Origin: Auanema rhodensis | Lineage: Eukaryota; Animalia; Nematoda | NCBI GenBank assembly: GCA_964057225.1 | Contig: OZ059899.1 | Coordinates: 4,154,001 to 4,218,000, forward strand | Reading direction: 5' to 3' | DNA: 64,000 nucleotides | Part shown: one piece after another, positions 1 to 15,000 of the stretch | How the letters are laid out: every line of letters begins with the position of its first letter | How positions within the stretch are numbered: position 1 is the first letter of the stretch | Notes under the pieces: model-generated | Databases searched by the model: none | What the model was told of the DNA's origin: nothing | The model's input: only the letters and a program-made list of their open reading frames with translations | Program-made: the position numbers and the translations under genes

Positions 1-3000
1 GTTTTTGGAAGCAATGTTGAGTGTACATGGAAACTCAACATACACTAATGCATCATTTTTCAAACGATCATAACTAATTTTTGTATTAAGCGTTTCTCAA
101 TGTAGTATAGTGCATTCGATGCGGATTTTTAAGCTGCGTCGATCTGTGTTATCAGATTTGCGCTAGCTTAAAAATGCACCGAGATATCAACTGATATAAG
201 TTCACACTTATATCCTCGATTTTCACCCTGAAGAATTAATTTTTTCGTTGAATAACATTGTCCATCGTCTTTGCCTCGAAAAATGGAATCTTAAAACATC
301 TACTTTTTGCTAAATTATTTTGAAATTTTTCGAAAAAATTTTTGTCAAAATGTTTTTGGAAGCAATGTTGAGTGTACATGGAAACTCAACATACACTAAT
401 GCATCATTTTTCAAACGATCATAACTAATTTTTGTATTAATCGTTTCTAAATGTAGTATAGTGCATTCGATGCGGATTTTTAAGTTGCGTCGATCTGTGT
501 TTTCAGATTTGCGCTAGCTTAAAAATGCACCGAGATATCAACTGATATAAGTTCACACTTATATCCTCGATTTTCACCCTGAAGAAATAATTTTTTCGTT
601 GAATAACATTGTCCATCGTCTTTGCCTTGAAAAATAGAATCTAAAAACATCTACTTTTTGCTAAATTATTTTGAAATTTTTCGAAAAAATTTTTGTCAAA
701 ATGTTTTTGGAAGCAATGTTGAGTGTACATGGAAACTCAACATACACTAATGCATCATTTTTCAAACGATCATAACTAATTTTTGTATTAAGCGTTTCTC
801 AATGTAGTATAGTGCATTCGATGCGGATTTTTAAGCTGCGTCGATCTGTGTTATCAGATTTGCGCTAGCTTAAAAATGCACCGAGATATCAACTGATATA
901 AGTTCACACTTATATCCTCGATTTTCACCCTGAAGAAATAATTTTTTCGTTGAATAACATTGTCCATCGTCTTTGCCTTGAAAAAAGGAATCTAAAAACA
1001 TCTACTTTTTGCTAAATTATTTTGAAATTTTTCGAAAAAATTTTTGTCAAAATGTTTTTGGAAGCAATGTTGAGTGTACATGGAAACTCAACATACACTA
1101 ATGCATCATTTTTCAAACGATCATAACTAATTTTTGTATTAAGCGTTTCTCAATGTAGTATAGTGCATTCGATGCGGATTTTTAAGCTGCGTCGATCTGT
1201 GTTATCAGATTTGCGCTAGCTTAAAAATGCACCGAGATATCAACTGATATAAGTTCACACTTATATCCTCGATTTTCACCCTGAAGAAATAATTTTTTCG
1301 TTGAATAACATTGTCCATCGTCTTTGCCTTGAAAAAAGGAATCTAAAAACATCTACTTTTTGCTAAATTATTCTGAAATTTTTCGAAAAAATTTTTGTCA
1401 AAATGTTTTTGGAAGCAATGTTGAGTGTACATGGAAACTCAACATACACTAATGCATCATTTTTCAAACGATCATAACTAATTTTTGTATTAAGCGTTTC
1501 TCAATGTAGTATAGTGCATTCGATGCGGATTTTTAAGCTGCGTCGATCTGTGTTATCAGATTTGCGCTAGCTTAAAAATGCACCGAGATATCAACTGATA
1601 TAAGTTCACACTTATATCCTCGATTTTCACCCTGAAGAAATAATTTTTTCGTTGAATAACATTGTCCATCGTCTTTGCCTTGAAAAATGGAATCTTAAAA
1701 CATCTACTTTTTGCTAAATTATTTTGAAATTTTTCGAAAAAATTTTTGTCAAAATGTTTTTGGAAGCAATGTTGAGTGTACATGGAAACTCAACATACAC
1801 TAATGCATCATTTTTCAAACGATCATAACTAATTTTTGTATTAAGCGTTTCTCAATGTAGTATAGTGCATTCGATGCGGATTTTTAAGCTGCGTCGATCT
1901 GTGTTATCAGATTTGCGCTAGCTTAAAAATGCACCGAGATATCAACTGATATAAGTTCACACTTATATCCTCGATTTTCACCCTGAAGAAATAATTTTTT
2001 CGTTGAATAACATTGTCCATCGTCTTTGCCTTGAAAAAAGGAATCTAAAAACATCTACTTTTTGCTAAATTATTCTGAAATTTTTCGAAAAAATTTTTGT
2101 CAAAATGTTTTTGGAAGCAATGTTGAGTGTACATGGAAACTCAACATACACTAATGCATCATTTTTCAAACGATCATAACTAATTTTTGTATTAAGCGTT
2201 TCTCAATGTAGTATAGTGCATTCGATGCGGATTTTTAAGCTGCGTCGATCTGTGTTATCAGATTTGCGCTAGCTTAAAAATGCACCGAGATATCAACTGA
2301 TATAAGTTCACACTTATATCCTCGATTTTCACCCTGAAGAATTAATTTTTTCGTTGAATAACATTGTCCATCGTCTTTGCCTTGAAAAATGGAATCTTAA
2401 AACATCTACTTTTTGCTAAATTATTTTGAAATTTTTCGAAAAAATTTTTGTCAAAATGTTTTTGGAAGCAATGTTGAGTGTACATGGAAACTCAACATAC
2501 ACTAATGCATCATTTTTCAAACGATCATAACTAATTTTTGTATCAAGTGTTTCTCAATGTAGTATAGTGCATTCGATGCGGATTTTTAAGCTGCGTCGAT
2601 CTGTGTTATCAGATTTGCGCTAGCTTAAAAATGCACCGAGATATCAACTGATATAAGTTCACACTTATATCCTCGATTTTCACCCTGAAGAATTAATTTT
2701 TTCGTTGAATAACATTGTCCATCGTCTTTTCCTTGAAAAATGGAATCTAAAAACATCTACTTTTTGCTAAATTATTTTGAAATTTTTCGAAAAAATTTTT
2801 GTCAAAATGTTTTTGGAAGCAATGTTGAGTGTACATGGAAACTCAACATACACTAATGCATCATTTTTCAAACGATCATAACTAATTTCTGTATTAAGCG
2901 TTTCTCAATGTAGTATAGTGCATTCGATGCGGATTTTTAAGCTGCGTCGATCTGTGTTATCAGATTTGCGCTAGCTTAAAAATGCACCGAGATATCAACT

Positions 3001-6000
3001 GATATAAGTTCACACTTATATCCTCGATTTTCACCCTGAAGAATTAATTTTTTCGTTGAATAACATTGTCCATCGTCTTTGCCTTGAAAAATGGAATCTT
3101 AAAACATCTACTTTTTGCTAAATTATTTTGAAATTTTTCGAAAAAATTTTTGTCAAAATGTTTTTGGAAGCAATGTTGAGTGTACATGGAAACTCAACAT
3201 ACACTAATGCATCATTTTTCAAACGATCATAACTAATTTTTGTATTAAGCGTTTCTCAATGTAGTATAGTGCATTCGATGCGGATTTTTAAGCTGCGTCG
3301 ATCTGTGTTATCAGATTTGCGCTAGCTTAAAAATGCACCGAGATATCAACTGATATAAGTTCACACTTATATCCTCGATTTTCACCCTGAAGAATTAATT
3401 TTTTCGTTGAATAACATTGTCCATCGTCTTTGCCTTGAAAAATGGAATCTAAAAACATCTACTTTTTGCTAAATTATTTTGAAATTTTTCGAAAAAATTT
3501 TTGTCAAAATGTTTTTGGAAGCAATGTTGAGTGTACATGGAAACTCAACATACACTAATGCATCATTTTTCAAACGATCATAACTAATTTTTGTATTAAG
3601 CGTTTCTCAATGTAGTATAGTGCATTCGATGCGGATTTTTAAGCTGCGTCGATCTGTGTTATCAGATTCGCGCTAGCTTAAAAATGCACCGAGATATCAA
3701 CTGATATAAGTTCACACTTATATCCTCGATTTTCACCCTGAAGAATTGATTTTTTCGTTGAATAACATTGTCCATCGTCTTTGCCTTGAAAAATGAAATC
3801 TAAAAACATCTACTTTTTGCTAAATTTTCTTGAAATTTTTCGAAAAAATTTTTGTCAAAATGTTTTTGGAAGCAATGTTGAGTGTACATGGAAACTCAAC
3901 ATACACTAATGCATCATTTTTCAAACGATCATAACTAATTTTTGTATTAAGCGTTTCTCAATGTAGTATAGTGCATTCGATGCGGATTTTTAAGCTGCGT
4001 CGATCTGTGTTATCAGATTTGCGCTAGCTTAAAAATGCACCGAGATATCAACTGATATAAGTTTACACTTATATCCTCGATTTTTACCCTGAAGAATTAA
4101 TTTTTTCGTTAAATAACATTGTCCATCGTCTTTGCCTTGAAAAAAGGAATCTAAAAACATCTACTTTTTGCTAAATTATTTTGAAATTTTTCGAAAAAAT
4201 TTTTGTCAAAATGTTTTTGGAAGCAATGTTGAGTGTACATGGAAACTCAACATACACTAATGCATCATTTTTCAAACGATCATAACTAATTTTTGTATTA
4301 AGCGTTTCTCAATGTAGTATAGTGCATTCGATGCGGATTTTTAAGCTGCGTCGATCTGTGTTATCAGATTTGCGCTAGCTTAAAAATGCACCGAGATATC
4401 AACTGATATAAGTTTACACTTATATCCTCGATTTTTACCCTGAAGAATTAATTTTTTCGTTAAATAACATTGTCCATCGTCTTTGCCTTGAAAAAAGAAA
4501 TCTAAAAACATCTACTTTTTGCTAAATTATTTTGAAATTTTTCGAAAAAATTTTTGTCAAAATGTTTTTGGAAGCAATGTTGAGTGTACATGGAAACTCA
4601 ACATACACTAATGCATCATTTTTCAAACGATCATAACTAATTTTTGTATTAAGCGTTTCTCAATGTAGTATAGTGCATTCGATGCGGATTTTTAAGCTGC
4701 GTCGATCTGTGTTATCAGATTTGCGCTAGCTTAAAAATGCACCGAGATATCAACTGATATAAGTTTACACTTATATCCTCGATTTTTACCCTGAAGAATT
4801 AATTTTTTCGTTAAATAACATTGTCCATCGTCTTTGCCTTGAAAAAAGAAATCTAAAAACATCTACTTTTTGCTAAATTATTTTGAAATTTTTCGAAAAA
4901 ATTTTTGTCAAAATGTTTTTGGAAGCAATGTTGAGTGTACATGGAAACTCAACATACACTAATGCATCATTTTTCAAACGATCATAACTAATTTTTGTAT
5001 TAAGCGTTTCTCAATGTAGTATAGTGCATTCGATGCGGATTTTTAAGCTGCGTCGATCTGTCTTATCAGATTTGCGCTAGCTTAAAAATGCACCGAGATA
5101 TCAACTGATATAAGTTCACACTTATATCCTCGATTTTCACCCTGAAGAAATAATTTTTTCGTTGAATAACATTGTCCATCGTCTTTGCCTTGAAAAAAGG
5201 AATCTAAAAACATCTACTTTTTGCTAAATTATTTTGAAATTTTTCGAAAAAATTTTTGTCAAAATGTTTTTGGAAGCAATGTTGAGTGTACATGGAAACT
5301 CAACATACACTAATGCATCATTTTTCAAACGATCATAACTAATTTTTGTATTAAGCGTTTCTCAATGTAGTATAGTGCATTCGATGCGGATTTTTAAGCT
5401 GCGTCGATCTGTGTTATCAGATTTGCGCTAGCTTAAAAATGCACCGAGATATCAACTGATATAAGTTCACACTTATATCCTCGATTTTCACCCTGAAGAA
5501 ATAATTTTTTCGTTGAATAACATTGTCCATCGTCTTTGCCTTGAAAAAAGGAATCTAAAAACATCTACTTTTTGCTAAATTATTATGAAATTTTTCGAAA
5601 AAATTTTTGTCAAAATGTTTTTGGAAGCAATGTTGAGTGTACATGGAAACTCAACATACACTAATGCATCATTTTTCAAACGATCATAACTAATTTTTGT
5701 ATTAAGCGTTTCTCAATGTAGTATAGTGCATTCGATGCGGATTTTTAAGCTGCGTCGATCTGTGTTATCAGATTTGCGCTAGCTTAAAAATGCACCGAGA
5801 TATCAACTGATATAAGTTCACACTTATATCCTCGATTTTCACCCTGAAGAATTAATTTTTTCGTTGAATAACATTGTCCATCGTCTTTGCCTTGAAAAAA
5901 GGAATCTAAAAACATCTACTTTTTGCTAAATTATTTTGAAATTTTTCGAAAAAATTTTTGTCAAAATGTTTTTGGAAGCAATGTTGAGTGTACATGGAAA

Positions 6001-9000
6001 CTCAACATACACTAATGCATCATTTTTCAAACGATCATAATTAATTTTTGTATTAAGCGTTCTTCCATGTAGTATAGTGCATTCGATGCGGATTTTTAAG
6101 CTGCGTCGATCTGTGTTATCAGATTTGCGCTAGCTTAAAAATGTACCGAGATATCAACTGATATAAGTTCACACTTATATCCTAGATTTTCACCCTGAAG
6201 AATTAATTTTTTCGTTGAATAACATTGTCCATCGTCTTTGCCTTGAAAAAAAGGAATCTAAAAACATCTACTTTTTGCTAAATTATTTTGAAATTTTTCG
6301 AAAAAATTTTTGTCAAAATGTTTTTGGAAGCAATGTTGAGTGTACATGGAAACTCAACATACACTAATGCATCATTTTTCAAACGATCATAACTAATTTT
6401 TGTATCAAGTGTTTCTCAATGTAGTATAGTGCATTCGATGCGGATTTTTAAGCTGCGTCGATCTGTGTTATCAGATTTGCGCTAGCTTAAAAATGCACCG
6501 AGATATCAACTGATATAAGTTCACACTTATATCCTCGATTTTCACCCTGAAGAATTAATTTTTTCGTTGAATAACATTGTCCATCGTCTTTTCCTTGAAA
6601 AATGGAATCTAAAAACATCTACTTTTTGCTAAATTATTTTGAAATTTTTCGAAAAAATTTTTGTCAAAATGTTTTTGGAAGCAATGTTGAGTGTACATGG
6701 AAACTCAACATACACTAATGCATCATTTTTCAAACGATCATAACTAATTTCTGTATTAAGCGTTTCTCAATGTAGTATAGTGCATTCGATGCGGATTTTT
6801 AAGCTGCGTCGATCTGTGTTATCAGATTTGCGCTAGCTTAAAAATGCACCGAGATATCAACTGATATAAGTTCACACTTATATCCTCGATTTTCACCCTG
6901 AAGAATTGATTTTTTCGTTGAATAACATTGTCCATCGTCTTTGCCTTGAAAAATGAAATCTAAAAACATCTACTTTTTGCTAAATTTTTTCGAAATTTTT
7001 CGAAAAAATTTTTGTCAAAATGTTTTTGGAAGCAATGTTGAGTGTACATGGAAACTCAACATACACTAATGCATCATTTTTCAAACGATCATAACTAATT
7101 TTTGTATTAAGCGTTTCTCAATGTAGTATAGTGCATTCGATGCGGATTTTTAAGCTGCGTCGATCTGTGTTATCAGATTTGCGCTAGCTTAAAAATGCAC
7201 CGAGATATCAACTGATATAAGTTTACACTTATATCCTCGATTTTTACCCTGAAGAATTAATTTTTTCGTTAAATAACATTGTCCATCGTCTTTGCCTTGA
7301 AAAAAGGAATCTAAAAACATCTACTTTTTGCTAAATTATTTTGAAATTTTTCGAAAAAATTTTTGTCAAAATGTTTTTGGAAGCAATGTTGAGTGTACAT
7401 GGAAACTCAACATACACTAATGCATCATTTTTCAAACGATCATAACTAATTTTTGTATTAAGCGTTTCTCAATGTAGTATAGTGCATTCGATGCGGATTT
7501 TTAAGCTGCGTCGATCTGTGTTATCAGATTTGCGCTAGCTTAAAAATGCACCGAGATATCAACTGATATAAGTTTACACTTATATCCTCGATTTTCACCC
7601 TGAAGAAATAATTTTTTCGTTGAATAACATTGTCCATCGTCTTTGCCTTGAAAAAAGAAATCTAAAAACATCTACTTTTTGCTAAATTATTTTGAAATTT
7701 TTCGAAAAAATTTTTGTCAAAATGTTTTTGGAAGCAATGTTGAGTGTACATGGAAACTCAACATACACTAATGCATCATTTTTCAAACGATCATAACTAA
7801 TTTTTGTATTAAGCGTTTCTCAATGTAGTATAGTGCATTCGATGCGGATTTTTAAGCTGCGTCGATCTGTCTTATCAGATTTGCGCTAGCTTAAAAATGC
7901 ACCGATATATCAACTGATATAAGTTCACACTTATATCCTCGATTTTCACCCTGAAGAATTAATTTTTTCGTTGAATAACATTGTCCATCGTCTTTGCCTT
8001 GAAAAATGAAATCTAAAAACATCTACTTTTTGCTAAATTTTTTCGAAATTTTTCGAAAAAATTTTTGTCAAAATGTTTTTGGAAGCAATGTTGAGTGTAC
8101 ATGGAAACTCAACATACACTAATGCATCATTTTTCAAACGATCATAACTAATTTCTGTATTAAGCGTTTCTCAATGTAGTATAGTGCATTCGATGCGGAT
8201 TTTTAAGCTGCGTCGATCTGTGTTATCAGATTTGCGCTAGCTTAAAAATGCACCGAGATATCAACTGATATAAGTTCACACTTATATCCTCGATTTTCAC
8301 CCTGAAGAATTGATTTTTTCGTTGAATAACATTGTCCATCGTCTTTGCCTTGAAAAATGAAATCTAAAAACATCTACTTTTTGCTAAATTTTTTCGAAAT
8401 TTTTCGAAAAAATTTTTGTCAAAATGTTTTTGGAAGCAATGTTGAGTGTACATGGAAACTCAACATACACTAATGCATCATTTTTCAAACGATCATAACT
8501 AATTTTTGTATTAAGCGTTTCTCAATGTAGTATAGTGCATTCGATGCGGATTTTTAAGCTGCGTCGATCTGTGTTATCAGATTTGCGCTAGCTTAAAAAT
8601 GCACCGAGATATCAACTGATATAAGTTTACACTTATATCCTCGATTTTTACCCTGAAGAATTAATTTTTTCGTTAAATAACATTGTCCATCGTCTTTGCC
8701 TTGAAAAAAGGAATCTAAAAACATCTACTTTTTGCTAAATTATTTTGAAATTTTTCGAAAAAATTTTTGTCAAAATGTTTTTGGAAGCAATGTTGAGTGT
8801 ACATGGAAACTCAACATACACTAATGCATCATTTTTCAAACGATCATAACTAATTTTTGTATTAAGCGTTTCTCAATGTAGTATAGTGCATTCGATGCGG
8901 ATTTTTAAGCTGCGTCGATCTGTGTTATCAGATTTGCGCTAGCTTAAAAATGCACCGAGATATCAACTGATATAAGTTTACACTTATATCCTCGATTTTC

Positions 9001-12000
9001 ACCCTGAAGAAATAATTTTTTCGTTGAATAACATTGTCCATCGTCTTTGCCTTGAAAAAAGAAATCTAAAAACATCTACTTTTTGCTAAATTATTTTGAA
9101 ATTTTTCGAAAAAATTTTTGTCAAAATGTTTTTGGAAGCAATGTTGAGTGTACATGGAAACTCAACATACACTAATGCATCATTTTTCAAACGATCATAA
9201 CTAATTTTTGTATTAAGCGTTTCTCAATGTAGTATAGTGCATTCGATGCGGATTTTTAAGCTGCGTCGATCTGTCTTATCAGATTTGCGCTAGCTTAAAA
9301 ATGCACCGATATATCAACTGATATAAGTTCACACTTATATCCTCGATTTTCACCCTGAAGAAATAATTTTTTCGTTGAATAACATTGTCCATCGTCTTTG
9401 CCTTGAAAAAAGGAATCTAAAAACATCTACTTTTTGCTAAATTATTTTGAAATTTTTCGAAAAAATTTTTGTCAAAATGTTTTTGGAAGCAATGTTGAGT
9501 GTACATGGAAACTCAACATACACTAATGCATCATTTTTCAAACGATCATAACTAATTTTTGTATTAAGCGTTTCTCAATGTAGTATAGTGCATTCGATGC
9601 GGATTTTTAAGCTGCGTCGATCTGTGTTATCAGATTTGCGCTAGCTTAAAAATGCACCGAGATATCAACTGATATAAGTTTACACTTATATCCTCGATTT
9701 TTACCCTGAAGAATTAATTTTTTCGTTAAATAACATTGTCCATCGTCTTTGCCTTGAAAAAAGGAATCTAAAAACATCTACTTTCTGCTAAATTATTTTG
9801 AAATTTTTCGAAAAAATTTTTGTCAAAATGTTTTTGGAAGCAATGTTGAGTGTACATGGAAACTCAACATACTCTAATGCATCATTTTTCAAACGATCAT
9901 AACTAATTTTTGTATTAAGCGTTTCTCAATGTAGTATAGTGCATTCGATGCGGATTTTTAAGCTGCGTCGATCTGTGTTATCAGATTTGCGCTAGCTTGA
10001 AAATGCACCGAGATATCAACTGATATAAGTTTACACTTATATCCTCGATTTTCACCCTGAAGAATTAATTTTTTCGTTGAATAACATTGTCCATCGTCTT
10101 TGCCTTGAAAAAAGGAATCTAAAAACATCTACTTTTTGCTAAATTATTTTGAAATTTTTCGAAAAAATTTTTGTCAAAATGTTTTTGGAAGCAATGTTGA
10201 GTGTACATGGAAACTCAACATACACTAATGCATCATTTTTCAAACGATCATAATTAATTTTTGTATTAAGCGTTCTTCCATGTAGTATAGTGCATTCGAT
10301 GCGGATTTTTAAGCTGCGTCGATCTGTGTTATCAGATTTGCGCTAGCTTAAAAATGTACCGAGATATCAACTGATATAAGTTCACACTTATATCCTAGAT
10401 TTTCACCCTGAAGAATTAATTTTTTCGTTGAATAACATTGTCCATCGTCTTTGCCTTGAAAAAAAGGAATCTAAAAACATCTACTTTTTGCTAAATTATT
10501 TTGAAATTTTTCGAAAAAATTTTTGTCAAAATGTTTTTGGAAGCAATGTTGAGTGTACATGGAAACTCAACATACACTAATGCATCATTTTTCAAACGAT
10601 CATAACTAATTTTTGTATTAAGCGTTTCTCAATGTAGTATAGTGCATTCGATGCGGATTTTTAAGCTGCGTCGATCTGTGTTATCAGATTTGCGCTAGCT
10701 TAAAAATGCACCGAGATATCAACTGATATAAGTTTACACTTATATCCTCGATTTTCACCCTGAAGAATTAATTTTTTCGTTGAATAACATTGTCCATCGT
10801 CTTTGCCTTGAAAAAAGGAATCTAAAAACATCTACTTTTTGCTAAATTATTTTGAAATTTTTCGAAAAAATTTTTGTCAAAATGTTTTTGGAAGCAATGT
10901 TGAGTGTACATGGAAACTCAACATACACTAATGCATCATTTTTCAAACGATCATAATTAATTTTTGTATTAAGCGTTCTTCCATGTAGTATAGTGCATTC
11001 GATGCGGATTTTTAAGCTGCGTCGATCTGTGTTATCAGATTTGCGCTAGCTTAAAAATGTACCGAGATATCAACTGATATAAGTTCACACTTATATCCTA
11101 GATTTTCACCCTGAAGAATTAATTTTTTCGTTGAATAACATTGTCCATCGTCTTTGCCTTGAAAAAAAGGAATCTAAAAACATCTACTTTTTGCTAAATT
11201 ATTTTGAAATTTTTCGAAAAAATTTTTGTCAAAATGTTTTTGGAAGCAATGTTGAGTGTACATGGAAACTCAACATACACTAATGCATCATTTTTCAAAC
11301 GATCATAACTAATTTTTGTATTAAGCGTTTCTCAATGTAGTATAGTGCATTCGATGCGGATTTTTAAGCTGCGTCGATCTGTGTTATCAGATTTGCGCTA
11401 GCTTAAAAATGCACCGAGATATCAACTGATATAAGTTTACACTTATATCCTCGATTTTCACCCTGAAGAATTAATTTTTTCGTTGAATAACATTGTCCAT
11501 CGTCTTTGCCTTGAAAAAAGGAATCTAAAAACATCTACTTTTTGCTAAATTATTTTGAAATTTTTCGAAAAAATTTTTGTCAAAATGTTTTTGGAAGCAA
11601 TGTTGAGTGTACATGGAAACTCAACATACACTAATGCATCATTTTTCAAACGATCATAATTAATTTTTGTATTAAGCGTTCTTCCATGTAGTATAGTGCA
11701 TTCGATGCGGATTTTTAAGCTGCGTCGATCTGTGTTATCAGATTTGCGCTAGCTTAAAAATGTACCGAGATATCAACTGATATAAGTTCACACTTATATC
11801 CTAGATTTTCACCCTGAAGAATTAATTTTTTCGTTGAATAACATTGTCCATCGTCTTTGCCTTGAAAAAAAGGAATCTAAAAACATCTACTTTTTGCTAA
11901 ATTATTTTGAAATTTTTCGAAAAAATTTTTGTCAAAATGTTTTTGGAAGCAATGTTGAGTGTACATGGAAACTCAACATACACTAATGCATCATTTTTCA

Positions 12001-15000
12001 AACGATCATAACTAATTTTTGTATTAAGCGTTTCTCAATGTAGTATAGTGCATTCGATGCGGATTTTTAAGCTGCGTCGATCTGTGTTATCAGATTTGCG
12101 CTAGCTTAAAAATGCACCGAGATATCAACTGATATAAGTTTACACTTATATCCTCGATTTTCACCCTGAAGAAATAATTTTTTCGTTGAATAACATTGTC
12201 CATCGTCTTTGCCTTAAAAAAAGGAATCTAAAAACATCTACTTTTTGCTAAATTATTTTGAAATTTTTCGAAAAAATTTTTGTCAAAATGTTTTTGGAAG
12301 CAATGTTGAGTGTACATGGAAACTCAACATACACTAATGCATCATTTTTCAAACGATCATAACTAATTTGTGTATTAAGCGTTTCTCAATGTAGTATAGT
12401 GCATTCGATGCGGATTTTTAAGCTGCGTCGATCTGTGTTATCAGATTTGCGCTAGCTTGAAAATGCACCGAGATATCAACTGATATAAGTTCACACTTAT
12501 ATCCTCGATTTTCACCCTGAAGAATTATTTTTTTCGTCGAATAACATTGTCCATCGTCTTTGCCTTGAAAAATGGAATCTAAAAACATCTACTTTCTGCT
12601 AAATTATTTTGAAATTTTTCGAAAAAATTTTTGTCAAAATGTTCTTGGAAGCAATGTTGAGTGTACATGGAAACTCAACATACACTAATGCATCATTTTT
12701 CAAACGATCATAACTAATTTTTGTATCAAACGTTTCTTAATGTAGTATAGTGCATTCGATCCGGATTTTGAAGCTGCGTCGATCTGTGTTATCAGATTTG
12801 CGCTAGCTTAAAAATGCACCGAGATATCAACTGATATAAGTTCACACTTATATCCTCGATTTTCACCCTGAAGAATTAATTTTTTCGTTGAATAACATTG
12901 TCCATCGTCTTTGCCTTGAAAAATGGAATCTAAAAACATCTACTTTTTGCTAAATTATTTTGAAATTTTTCGAAAAAATTTTTGTCAAAATGTTTTTGGA
13001 AGCAATGTTGAGTGTACATGGAAACTCAACATACACTAATGCATCATTTTTCAAACGATCATAATTAATTTTTGTATTAAGCGTTCTTCAATGTAGTATA
13101 GTGCATTCGATCCGGATTTTTAAGCTGCGTCGATCTGTGTTATCAGATTTGCGCTAGCTTAAAAATGCACCGAGATATCAACTGATATAAGTTCACACTT
13201 ATATCCTCGATTTTCACCCTGAAGAATTAATTTTTTCGTTGAATAACATTGTCCATCGTCTTTGCCTTGAAAAAAGAAATCTAAAAACATCTACTTTTTG
13301 CTAAATTATTTTGAAATTTTTCGAAAAAATTTTTGTCAAAATGTTTTTGGAAGCAATGTTGAGTGTACATGGAAACTCAACATACACTAATGCATCATTT
13401 TTCAAACGATCATAACTAATTTGTGTATTAAGCGTTTCTCAATGTAGTATAGTGCATTCGATGCGGATTTTTAAGCTGCGTCGATCTGTGTTATCAGATT
13501 TGCGCTAGCTTGAAAATGCACCGAGATATCAACTGATATAAGTTCACACTTATATCCTCGATTTTCACCCTGAAGAATTATTTTTTTCGTCGAATAACAT
13601 TGTCCATCGTCTTTGCCTTGAAAAATGGAATCTAAAAACATCTACTTTTTGCTAAATTATTTTGAAATTTTTCGAAAAAATTTTTGTCAAAATGTTCTTG
13701 GAAGCAATGTTGAGTGTACATGGAAACTCAACATACACTAATGCATCATTTTTCAAACGATCATAACTAATTTTTGTATCAAGCGTTTCTTAATGTAGTA
13801 TAGTGCATTCGATCCGGATTTTGAAGCTGCGTCGATCTGTGTTATCAGATTTGCGCTAGCTTAAAAATGCACCGAGATATCAACTGATATAAGTTCACAC
13901 TTATATCCTCGATTTTCACCCTGAAGAATTAATTTTTTCGTTGAATAACATTGTCCATCGTCTTTGCCTTGAAAAATGGAATCTAAAAACATCTACTTTT
14001 TGCTAAATTATATTGAAATTTTTCGAAAAAATTTTTGTCAAAATGTTTTTGGAAGCAATGTTGAGTGTACATGGAAACTCAACATACACTAATGCATCAT
14101 TTTTCAAACGATCATAACTAATTTTTGTATTAAGCGTTCTTCAATGTAGTATAGTGCATTCGATCCGGATTTTTAAGCTGCGTCGATCTGTGTTATCAGA
14201 TTTGCGCTAGCTTAAAAATGCACCGAGATATCAACTGATATATGTTCACACTTATATCCTCGATTTTCACCCTGAAGAAATAATTTTTTCGTTGAATAAC
14301 ATTGTCCATCGTCTTTGCCTTGAAAAAAGGAATCTAAAAACATCTACTTTTTGCTAAATTTTTTTGAAATTTTTCGAAAAAATTTTTGTCAAAATGTTTT
14401 TGGAAGCAATGTTGAGTGTACATGGAAACTCAACATACACTAATGCATCATTTTTCAAACGATCATAACTAATTTTTGTATTAAGCGTTCTTCAATGTAG
14501 TATAGTGCATTCGATGCGGATTTTTAAGCTGCGTCGATCTGTGTTATCAGATTTGCGCTAGCTTAAAAATGCACCGAGATATCAACTGATATAAGTTCAC
14601 ACTTATATCCTCGATTTTCACCCTGAAGAATTAATTTTTTCGTTGAATAACATTGTCCATCGTCTTTGCCTTGAAAAAAGGAATCTAAAAACATCTACTT
14701 TTTGCTAAATTATTTTGAAATTTTTCGAAAAAATTTTTGTCAAAATGTTTTTGGAAGCAATGTTGAGTGTACATGGAAACTCAACATACACTAATGCATC
14801 ATTTTTCAAACGATCATAACTAATTTTTGTATTAAGCGTTTCTCAATGTAGTATAGTGCATTCGATGCGGATTTTTAAGCTGCGTCGATCTGTGTTATCA
14901 GATTTGCGCTAGCTTAAAAATGCACCGAGATATCAACTGATATAAGTTTACACTTATATCCTCGATTTTCACCCTGAAGAAATAATTTTTTCGTTGAATA

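Noticed and set aside
101-125. A-box-like TAGTATAGTG and B-box-like TTCGAT(G/C)C in the satellite
   Set aside because: The two motifs are adjacent with no spacing and no cloverleaf, so this is not a supportable tRNA or SINE promoter.
1556-1783. 75-aa ORF in the satellite
   Set aside because: It is open in only one variant monomer and has no recognisable motif.
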